Source: a virus (lineage: Duplodnaviria; Caudoviricetes). Taken from it: DNA of 64,000 bases. The notes below the pieces were generated by a model that was not told the DNA's origin, did not search any database, and worked only from the letters and a program-made list of their open reading frames with translations. The position numbers and the translations under genes were made by a program. Shown here one piece after another: positions 42,855 to 53,300 of this stretch (the first letter of the stretch is position 1; each line of letters starts with the position of its first letter). Location: IMG/VR virus record IMGVR_UViG_3300037424_002164, positions 1-64,000 of that record; one strand, given 5' to 3'.

Positions 42855-43448
42855 ATGGAGATTTCGCGCAGGAACTTCGTAGCGGCGGTGATCGCCGGGA
42901 TCGCGCTCCCCAGGCTGTCCAAAGCCCTGGGCGACTACGATCCGCACTGGCAGATGCCGATCGGTGTCTGGCTGAGACACGAGCTCCACGTCTTCGTGCA
43001 TCCGAAGCACGGCAGCATGGAGCTGCGGATTGACGGGCGCACCCGGTACTACGCCACGGACATCGACACCTCAAAGGAGGGCATGCGGCCGGCCAGCCAC
43101 TTCCTGGTAGGGTGCGACGTTCGCTACGGTCAGCGGTACCGAGACTATTCCGGATACTGGAGCCCCGCAAGAATGGCCGCAAACCGGTTGTTCCTGACTT
43201 TCGGGGTGCTTCAGCCTAGGGATCTCGGACCGGGCGGCGGGATCGACTGGAAATTCATAATACCGGACCTTCCGGAAAAGAACCTCTGCTCCATGGAAAA
43301 CATCTACGTGGCCGGCGATCAGCCGCATCGGAGGATGACTCTCTCCACGCTCGAGCGGGGCGCGTGGGCCTACATGACCTACGAATGCGCCCCACAGCCG
43401 ATCGTGGACTTGAGCCAGTGGCGAATAGGCGGGTTGGACAGGGTCTAG
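42855..43448 (+). CDS. Tat-signal-like protein, paralog 2
   Basis: MEISRRNFVAAVI; PIGVWL.HELH, RYYATDIDT. Confidence 0.7.
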   Translation: MEISRRNFVAAVIAGIALPRLSKALGDYDPHWQMPIGVWLRHELHVFVHPKHGSMELRIDGRTRYYATDIDTSKEGMRPASHFLVGCDVRYGQRYRDYSGYWSPARMAANRLFLTFGVLQPRDLGPGGGIDWKFIIPDLPEKNLCSMENIYVAGDQPHRRMTLSTLERGAWAYMTYECAPQPIVDLSQWRIGGLDRV

Positions 43449-43807
43449 TCCAGCTCCAGGTAGCTGGTCACCCGCCACCCGTCGTAGTCCGGCCAGCGGC
43501 CCTGCGGATCGTGGAACTGCCCGTTCTCGTAGTAGACCCAGTGCCAGCGCCGGTTGCCGTTTTGCCTCATCACCAGCAGGGCGCGCCGGGGGTACTCCGG
43601 CCGGGCCCGTGAGATGGCATGGCAGCGGTCTACGGACCTGACACCCAGCCGGCGCAGAGCGGCGATGATCTCGCGGGTGCTGGTGCCCCCACGCCGGCCG
43701 TGCCCCACCGCCTCAATCGCCTTCGTGAGCGACACGCCGGCGGCCATGGCCACGCAACACTGGCCGCACAGGCTGCTGTCGATGGGCTGGCGCACGAGAA
43801 CGGTCAC
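43445..43807 (-). CDS. Papain-fold (C39-like) peptidase
   Basis: VRQ....CGQCCVAM (Gln/Cys), RWHWVYY (His), FHDP (Asp). Confidence 0.75.
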   Translation of the reverse strand: MTVLVRQPIDSSLCGQCCVAMAAGVSLTKAIEAVGHGRRGGTSTREIIAALRRLGVRSVDRCHAISRARPEYPRRALLVMRQNGNRRWHWVYYENGQFHDPQGRWPDYDGWRVTSYLELD

Positions 43808-44298
43808 GAGCTCTCCTGGATGTAGCCCGCCGGCGGGTTCTGGTTCAGCCAGATAGCGGTTTCGGCCTCCCTGCGGCCGTCGAGCACGTGCGGAACGCCG
43901 CCCGCCCAGTGCCAGCGCTTGATCTCGGAGGGAACCGCCGCCTTGTCTCCGGCGTTGAGCTTCCGGAGCAGGGTCGAGGCTCGCAGCGCGCTGGTTCCTA
44001 CGTTATAGGCGAACGAGACCAGCGCATCGTACTCGTGCTGCTCGAGCGGGACAGCCACGATTCCGTTTACCACCTTGGCTACCGCCCGCACTTTGACACG
44101 CAGGCGGTGCGCCGCCTGTTGTTTCGTAAACACCCGATCGCGGTAGAACTCGATTTCCTCCGCGGTGAGCTGCGTTCCGTAGCCGATCGCCCGCTTCGAG
44201 GAGCCGGGCGGGTCCGGGTACATCCTGGCCCGGAAGCCCTCGGCGAGCTTCAGGAAGGAGATGATGTTCTCGGACGGAATCATGGTTTTGGGGGACAA
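43804..44298 (-). CDS. Endolysin, GH24 phage lysozyme
   Basis: LAEGFRARMY.D....AIGYG; EYDALVSFAYNVG; STLLRKLNAGD; RRE.E. Confidence 0.92.
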   Translation of the reverse strand: MSPKTMIPSENIISFLKLAEGFRARMYPDPPGSSKRAIGYGTQLTAEEIEFYRDRVFTKQQAAHRLRVKVRAVAKVVNGIVAVPLEQHEYDALVSFAYNVGTSALRASTLLRKLNAGDKAAVPSEIKRWHWAGGVPHVLDGRREAETAIWLNQNPPAGYIQESS

Positions 44299-44325
44299 GC
44301 AAAGACGGTAAAGGACGGTACAAAC

Positions 44326-47300
44326 TCAGAAGCCGGCGGCTGGCTTGAAGGCTGGAGTGCCGAAGGTCTTACGTTTGGTCGTTCGTTGTCGCTCCAGGGC
44401 TTTGGCGCGCCTGTCCTGGTTGCTGGCTCTCGCGACTAAGCCCGGAGCGAACAGATCCAGGGATTGGCGGAGGTATTTGTTGCCCTGGGAGTACTTTTCC
44501 GCCGGGTCCAGGAAGCCGGTAGACTCGCCGAGGGTCTGGCCTACGTCGCCAAAGAAGCTGTTCAGCTCCATGCCGGCGGCGCGCATCCGCGCCCCCATCG
44601 TCGGCCATCCCGCGGGCGTATTGGGATCGACTGACGGGAAGAACTGCGGGTTCAGCCGGCCTGCTTGATCGCGGAAACTGGTCAGGTAGGTCTCTTTGAG
44701 GAAGACCCCGGTGAATACGGAGCGGGGCACCGGGCCGAGGCCCGGGTGGACGAGTGCGTTCAGGCTGTCGCGCTGGGCCGCCTCGAGTTGCTGCCCGAAA
44801 TTCCCTCCCAACTGACGTGTTTCGAATGCCCCCGTAAGCCCCAGGGCGCGGGCGCCACGGCCGACCAAGGGGTTAAAGGCATTGAAGCTCAAATAGCCAG
44901 TTTCCGGTCCGTCGCCCCAGAGCGCCCGGCCGAGCTTGGAGTAGCGGTACTTATCGAGAGGGCCATTGCCCCCGCCCACCGGAAGCTGAAATAGCTTGGC
45001 GCGCCTGTCTTCGGTGGGATATTTGCCCGTGAGCAGCTTCGAGGCGATGACCCAGAACGCGAGCAGCCCGAGCGCGCCCGCGGTTAACAGGTACATCAGG
45101 CGCAGCGCCCGCCAGCCTTTGGGCATCGGCCCCAATCCGGTCCAGGCGTTGACGCCGTTCGCCAGCGCAGTCGATCCGGCCGTGAAGAACGGAGCGATGC
45201 CCCACTCCTTCAAGGCGCGCTCGATCTCGCTCCACAACTCCGGCGTGTAGTTGCCGAGCTGGTTCACAAAGAGAGACCGCTCTCCGGCTTGGCTTTCCTC
45301 GGGGAAGAGCGCCTTGGCAATGTCCCACATCACGATACGCGCCCGCGCATCGAGTCCCTTCGGGCCGTAGAGCATCGGCCCCAGCGTGAGGGGGAAGTGT
45401 TTCAGCGTGGCTCCAGTGGCTTCGGCGTACTTGCGGCTGTAGGTCTGCGATCCATACTTGGAGGGCACTCCTCCGATATCGGCCACTTCCAGCAGCTTTT
45501 CCAGATTTTCCGGCGTTGTGGGGTCGGTCTGGAGCAGCACCTTCCACACCACCGCCAAGGACTTGACCAGCGGCACGGACACCGCTTTGTCGGCGAGGGT
45601 AGGACCCAGAAACGGCGTGTTCGAAACGAGCGCGCCCAGCACGTTGCGTGCGTGAAACACCATATCCAGGGGGCCGATCAGCGAGAGGGTGTTCAGGGTT
45701 CGGACGATTTTCCGCGACGGATCGGCCGAGTGAGGTTGGTGCTCGAGGATCGGCTTGAGTTCGCGATGCAGCCACGCCGGCAAGATGTCCATGCGGGTCT
45801 TCAGGGGAATGGTCTTCTTATCCTTGATAAGAGTTCGCGCTTCGGAAACCGGCACCTGAACGCCCGTGTACTCGACGCCATTCCAGACGATGGTGTCCTG
45901 CCCTTGCTCAGCCGGCTGGAGCAGCCCTTCCTCTTCTAGCACCTTCAACAGGGCAGCCCGGTCGTTGGCGCGAATGGCGCGGCTCAGCCGTTCCTGGAAG
46001 GCTTCCATCCCGACGTCGTAGCCTTCCGCCAGGCCGGTCGCGAATTTGTTGGCGGCGTTTTTCGGCTTCTTGTAGGTCACGCGCGAACCGAAAAACCCGG
46101 GATTGCGGTCGAACGGAATCAAGGGATAGTAGGTATCGAGCGGCCCCAGAGAGTCAGAAAACACACCTTCATTCAGGGCGTGGTTCTGCGCCATCGGCGC
46201 TTCGACCAGGCGCTTGTAGGCCCGCAAAGCGTCCTGCACTTGCGGATCTGAAGTCACCCTGTCGTACCAGCGCGGCTCCATCACTTCGGCAACGTTCGCC
46301 GCGGCGTCGGAGAAGGTCTGCCCCAGAAACTCCCGCAGGGTGTCCCAGTCCGCTGCTTCATCCAGGGCCGCCGCGGTTTCAACTACATCCTGCGGGATCC
46401 CGCGCTTCCCCTGAATCGCGCTCAGCAGACCGGCAAACTCCTCTTTGAACACTTCCTGGAGCTGGGTGTCCTCCATTGTCGAGATTTGTTCGGCGAATCG
46501 TTCCCAGCGTTCCCGGATACCGCGGAGCCTCGACTCGATCAGCGCCAGGCGCAACTCGGGCCAGGTGAAATCGGAGCCTTTGAGCGCATCGAGGATTGTT
46601 GGAACAGCCGCGCGCAGGATGACCCTGGACTTGGCGTTGGATGAGGCGGTGCGGAGGGCTTCCCGGTGCACGCGGGCGCTGGCGCGACGGGTCTGGCCGA
46701 GATTGCGGCGATAACGGGTTTCCAGTGGTCCGAACACCCCGCGCAAGCCGCCGTAGTTTACTTCGGCGCTTTCCTCCCCGAATCTCTCGGACAGCCATTC
46801 GCCGATGGAAGCCAGGTCCATGTCCCCGGCTTCGCCGCGCCAGAAGGATTCAACCGGCCTCACCTTGCGCAGGCTCCAGTCGTTCGCCTCCAGATCCTCG
46901 GTGTCGTAGACCATGCTCCGGGCTGCCGTATCGACGTAGAGCGAGTCCGCACCCTTGGCGGCCCGCTCCACGGCCTGGCGGAGCCGGGAGGGATCGACCG
47001 CCTCGAGGCCCTGGATCTCGATCCCATTGCCGCGCGTGCGGATGTAGCCCGAGCGAAGGAGCTGGTCCTTATTCTTGCCGCGGAAACGGCTCAGATTCTG
47101 GTGCTCGGCCTCGGCGCCGAGGGGGATCACTTCGCCTTCCGGAGTGACCCAGAAGCCAGCGGTGCCGCGGCGGGGGGCTACTGCTTGGGTGGCGGGGAGG
47201 TCGGCGGCTTGGCTTCCTCGGGCGGGAACACCTTGTCGAACTCCTCCGAGTAGTTCCCCCGGAGCTTCGCGCGCGCCAGGCGCATAGCCCGGCTGGTAGC

Positions 47301-50300
47301 CCTGGCGTCGAGCTTCGGCGGCTTTGGTTCGGGTTTCATCGAGGACTCCATTCAATTGTGACGCAATCCGCGGCAGCCGGGAGACAATTTCTCCCCCGTG
47401 CCGCTCGATCAGATAATCCAGATACCGGCTGAAGAGCTGCTTGGCCTCGTCGCGCGAAATGCCCATGCGGGCCCAGCCGCGCGGCCCTTGCGCCAGGTGC
47501 GCGCCGATCTCGGCGGCCATGGCATGCATCTCGTACTCGCTGGTGATCCGCGGGTAGCCCGTTTCGGTGAGTCCCCGAAGCGCCCGGCGGGCGAGCTGGT
47601 CTTGGAGGAATGACTCGGCGTCAATGTGTTCGACGCCAGCCTTCCCCTCGCCGCCTGCCTCCTGTGTCTGGAACCAGTGGAAGCGCTCGTGCTTGATGCG
47701 CTCCCGAAGCCTCTGCCAACTGTCTCCCGGGCGGTGGCCGACGATCAGCAGGGGCCGGAAGTCCGACACTCCCGCTTCCAGCTCCGCGGCGATCGCTTCA
47801 ATCTTCGCGCGCGCCTCGGGCGAGACGTTCGGTGCGACTTGGCGCAGCGTGTCCACCATCCGCAGGACGCTCGTGGTGGTGAAGTGCATCCCGGCCCAGG
47901 TTTGCTGGTGTTTGGGAAGCACCGCTTTGAGCAGGTTGAGCGCGTTCTGGTCGGCCCACAGGAAGCGGGGCTCGGTTTGATCGTGCAGGAATAGCTTCGG
48001 ATCGGCGGCCGCCAGCTTTTCGAATTGCGGATAGTAGGTGGGCGGGTGCTCCGGGAGGGAGTCTTCCTCCAGGGAGGCGAGATCGCCCTGGGGTGGATTC
48101 TCCGCCGGGGGATTTTGGGTCGCGTCCACCTTCGCTCTTAGCCGTTCGAGCGATTCCTCTGGGGTCTCGTCCGGCGCCTCGAATTTCTCCTGGAACCGCT
48201 CGAATTTCTCCTTGAATCCCTTGGGCATCACGGCCCAGTTCCAGTCGAGTGAAGCCTCAGCCTGGCGCGCGAACGCAACCGCGTGGTAGTCCTGGTGGAA
48301 AAAGTTTCCCATCCGCTTGCCGCTGGGAAGGTGGATGACCTCGTACGACTTACCCTTGGTCACTTCCCTGACCCCAAGGTACTTGCCGACGACGCGCACC
48401 TGGACCGGGTACTTGCCGTAGTCGCTCGCTGCAAAGATCCGCCGGGACGGGAACCAGTCCGCATGCATCGAGGTGGTTGGATCCAGGCGCATCGGCCGCA
48501 GGGGATCCCGCCGGTTCGCCTCTTGTTCCTCGTCCGCGCCGAGCGCTTGCCGGTCATTCGCTTCCGCGCCGAGCTGGTCGGATAGTTCCTGCTGCCGGCG
48601 GAGCATCGTGCGGAGCTTCTCTTCACCCTTGAACGGCTGGCCAAGCCTGCTTTCGAGCTCCACCTGCTGTTTCTCGAGTCGGCGCAGTTGATCCTTACCG
48701 TGTTGCAGGCTCTCTTCGAAGCCGCGCAGATGGTTGTCGGCCGATGCGATGGTGCCGGCGGGGTTGGCGTCATAGTTGACGCTGACCCGGTAGGTGCCGG
48801 AAGCCGCCCGCAAACGAAGTTGCGGCGCACTGAAGTACTTGAGCTCAAAGCGGCTCTCCATCTTGTCCCATTCCACATGGACCTGAGTCGCCCGGGAAAG
48901 GTCCAATTCCTTCAGACCAAAGGCATCTCGTTTATGGATGTCGTGCCAGTTTTGTTGGAATCCTTGTGCCGTTACCTGGTAGTACAGCCACTTGTTGTCC
49001 GGCGTCATCTCGCGAGCGAAAAGGAGGTTGGCGCCGACACTCTGGTCGGTCTTGGAATGCCTGACCCCAAGTTCGGCGAAATGTGGCGTGGCCTCGAGCG
49101 GAATGCCGTGGTACGTCGTTTCGATTGACTGCGGTTCGGTGATGACTCCGACCTTTTTCAGGCGCTCGATGAGGATCGGGGCGCCCTCGGCCCGAATTTC
49201 CTTCTCCTCGTAGCGCTTCCCGTCGATGACCAGCGCACTGTCGGAGTTCCGCGCGGCAATGTCGGTGGTGAAATTCTCGACCCGCTGTCTCGCTGCTTTG
49301 GTCTCCTCCGGCAGGGTTGCGAGGGTTTGGGAGATCGTGGCCTGTTCGGTCAGCCAGGTTCCGCGCATGATCTCCGCCTTCAACACTTCCTGGTCGAGGA
49401 TGATCTTCTCCCGCACCAGCGGGTTGCCGGAGGATACGGCCTTCGCCTGCTCGTAGCTCATCACCGCGGGCGAAAGCTCCTCGATCCGGCGTACTGCCGG
49501 ATCTCCGTTCATGAACTGCTGGATCGGTTTGGCCTTCGCCGAAACCGTCTCCCACATGAAGGCGTCGAACGTTCCTTCCGTCATGTAGCGGTAGATGCGG
49601 ACCGGGATCTTGTGCTCGTCCCAGAGTTTGTTGCCCTGGCGTTTGATCCGTCCGTCGCGCTGCTCGATGTCGCGCGGGCGCCACGGAGCGTCCAGATGGT
49701 GGTTGGCGATCAGCCGTTCCTGCACGTTCATGCCCGCGCCCATCTTTTCGGTCGATCCGATCAAAACGCGCACGTCTCCGCGATTCACCCGCTCGTAAAG
49801 CAGGAGCTTCTGTATGTCGGTCTTGGCGTCATGGATGAAGGCAACCTGTTCCGGCTTGAAGCCTCGCGCGATCAGCTTCTGCCTGATCTGGCCGTAGACC
49901 GTGAATATCTCCCGCTGCTCGTCGGTGGTCACGACTTCTTCGGTGACTTCCTCCTCCTTTTCGTCGTAGAGCGTCTCCTCTTGGTCCGCGACGTTGGCCA
50001 CTTCCTCTGCGGCTGCCGGTTTCGCTCGGGTGACTTTCTCCGACTTCGGGGTGGAGAGATCCAGGAAGACGAGTTGCGCGGCGCGATACTGGCCGAATTC
50101 CTTGTTGATGGCGACGATGTTGTCGATCGCTTTCGCGACTTTGCTGACCGGCTCCTCTTCGGCCAGCGGATCGACCAGCCGCATATCGAGCGAGGCCTTG
50201 CGCCCGTCGCTCGAGAGTTTCAGCATGTTGTCGATCGAGGGGTCCTTGATAACGCCGTTGCGGATGTCGTCGGCACGCTTGCCAATCTCCAACACGTAGG

Positions 50301-53300
50301 CCTTCTGCGCCGCCGATGCCGGCGCGACGACGTCGATCGGGCCGCCCTGGTAGACGGCGGGGGTGGGCAGGTTGAGCTTTTCCGCGGTCTGGATATCGGC
50401 CGCCAGCCGGAACATATTCATCAGCTCCGGAGCGTTGTGAAACTCCGCGAACCGGCTGCGCGAAATGAAGCGGCCGCCTTCAGGGGCTACCTCCATCTGG
50501 GTGCGGACTTTTCCGAACGTCTTCGCCCAGGCGTCGAACTGGTCCAGGCCCTCGCGCTCGAGATACTGGGGAATGAGGTACCGCATCATCGTCCAGATTT
50601 CGGCGATGCTGTTCGACACCGGGGTGCCGGTGGCAAACACCAGGCCGCGATCGCCGCCGTGCAACTGGGAGACGTACCGGGTTTTGAGAAGCATGTCGGT
50701 GGCGCGATCGGCGTCGGAGTTCGGCAAGCCGGCCACGCGGTCCATCATGGTCAGGTAGCCCAGGTTCTTGAAGAGATCCGCTTCGTCCACGAAGAGCCAG
50801 TCCACGCCCAGCTCCTCAAAGGTCACCCCGGTATCCTTCTTTTCCCGCTTCGTTCGTTTCTCGATCTTCGCCTCGAGTTGCTTCTTGCGCCGGACGAGCT
50901 GCTTCACCGTGGGGTCTCGGCCCGCTTCGCCCTTCTGCTTGCCCTTGCTGAAGGTTTCAATGGCCGCCTCGAGTTCCGCGACCTGCGCATCCATGAATTC
51001 CTTGAATGTCTCGTCCTTCACCGCGAGTAGCTGGAAGTGCGTGTGCCCGACGATCACGGCATCATAGTTTCCGGTGGCGATCCGGCTCATGAGCTTCCGG
51101 CGGTTCTGCTTGTCAAAGTCCTTTTTCGTCGGCACCAGAATCTGGGCGCCCGGGTAGGCCAGCAGGAAGGCGTCTTTCCATTGCCCAACCAGGTGATTTG
51201 GCACTGTAATCATCGGCTTGCGGGCGAGACCCAGGCGGCGCAGCTCCATGGCCGCCATGGTGATTTCGAGCGTCTTGCCGGAGCCAACCACGTGAGCGTA
51301 AAGCGTGTTGCCGCTTTGTATCGTTCGCCATACGGCTGTCTTCTGGTGGGGATCGGGGTCCTGATTGCGCAGCCAGGTCCGGTTCAGCCCTGGAAACGTC
51401 TGGTGGGAACCATCGAACTCGCGCAGTTTGAGATTGTTGCGTTCTTCGTTGTACTTGCCTTTCAGCCGGTTCGCTCGTTTGGAATCGGACCAGAGCCATT
51501 TGCTGAACTGATCGACAAGCGCCCGTTGCTTTTCCACTGCCTCGATGGTGGCCTCGGCATTTTTCACCATCACTGTTGTCGGGTAGCCGCCGGCGGTATA
51601 CCCCACCTCCTCATCGCGGGCCACGGGCATCTTCCCGTTGATGGCGAACTCCAGCAACTCCATGCCGGAGAAATACGCGGTGCCGTAGTCCACGCTGTTG
51701 GCGACGCCTTTGTCGCTGAAGGTGTATTGCGGGCGGATCGCGAAGCTGCCGGTGAGCGGGACGTACTTCACCAGATCGGTGGCGCGCGCCTCGGACTCCT
51801 CGACCCGGAGCACTTCCCGCAGGAAGTCGGAGTAATCGGTGTCCGGGATCCATGTCGCCCCGAGCGGCGCATCGATGTCGCCGATGTCGAGGTCCCGCGG
51901 CTGGATTGCTTTCAGTGCTTCGACGTTGGGCAGGAATTGGGGGTCCTCTCCGGCGGCAAACTCAGCGTCCCGCAGTTTCTTGCGCACGTTGCCGGAGAGG
52001 TATTCGTCCCTGGTTTCCCAGCTCTTCGTGATGGGGTTCCGGTAGATTTTGCCGCCCAGTTCCTGGCGCAGCTCCTCCGGCGTGCGGCCGGTCAACTCCT
52101 GCATCCGGCTCCAGTCGAGCCGCCCGAGATCGTTGAGCGAGACCGCCAGCGCCTCGGCGCCGGTTTCGACGCTGGTGATGCGCGGCGGTTTCTGAATCGT
52201 CCGCTCGCGGAACATCGCCCGCTTGGTGGCGGTCTTGGTGTCTTTGTTGTAGTCCTCGAGTGCGGTGAGCAGCGGCCAGTCCGGATCCTCCCCAAAGACC
52301 AGGGAATTGCCGTTGCCATTCACCGGGCCGTGCCGTTTGACGAAGTGGTCGTAAACTCGGTTCAGGGCTTTGCGGGCGGCGAGGATCTCTTTCTCTTCGA
52401 ATTCGTGGCGCTGGGTTCGGATGACCTCCCGCGCGGCTCCGCGCAACTCGATCAAGGCTTTGGCGCGATCGAGCTTCTTTCCCTTGAGAGGCAGTGGCCG
52501 GAAATAGGCGCCCTCCCGCCGGACCAGCGCGCCGTCGACGTAGGCGATCTGGCCGTCCTTCATGAACTGCGCGTCGGGGTAGTTTTCAACCAGGTTGTCG
52601 CGCGCGCCGGAAGGCTGCTGCTCCCAGGACGGGATAACGCCCTCGGGCAGGCGGGCGAGCATCTTGTCCAGCTTGTCGAGCGAGAATTCGCCAAACAGCT
52701 CGGGGTAGCCGCGGCGATACTGCGTGCCGGCGCCCATCTTGCCCATCATCATTTCAGGGTGCCGGTGGAAGTACTCGTTGACGTCCACCTTGAACCCGTC
52801 GTCCGTGTCCAGAGTCCGTGACTCGACCCACTTCTCGTCGGAAACGGGGACGCCTTCGGGAATCCGCCGGCGTAACGCGATGATGTCAACCGTCACCGAG
52901 GTACCGGCGTTGGCCAGGAAGGTGTCGCGCGGCAGCCGGATCGCTCCCAGCAGCTCGGCCCGCTCGTTCACCCAGCGGCGGAAGGCCGGAGCTTTGGAAT
53001 CCATCGTGTAGCGGGACGTGATGACGAGCATCACTCCGCCCGGGCGCAACTTCTCGACCGATTTGGCGATGAAGTAGTTGTGGATGTTCTCCGTCAGGTA
53101 CGGAGTGCGCCGGAACGCCGCATCGTTGACTCCGACGTTGCCAAAGGGCACATTGCCGATCACCAGGTCGAAGTAGCCGTCCGGCAGGTTCGTTTCCTGG
53201 TAGGGCTTGATGACGATGTTCGAGCCAGGGTAAAGCGCCCGCGCCATGGCGCCGGTGAGAAGATCCATCTCGACGCCGGTCCGCCCGGTGCCGGGCGTCA

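Noticed and set aside
49327-52821. Long plus-strand ORFs (567 and 594 aa) opposite the giant gene, and similar ones opposite portal, Clp and ejection genes
   Set aside because: Antisense shadows expected from GC-rich codon bias; no motifs or RBS.
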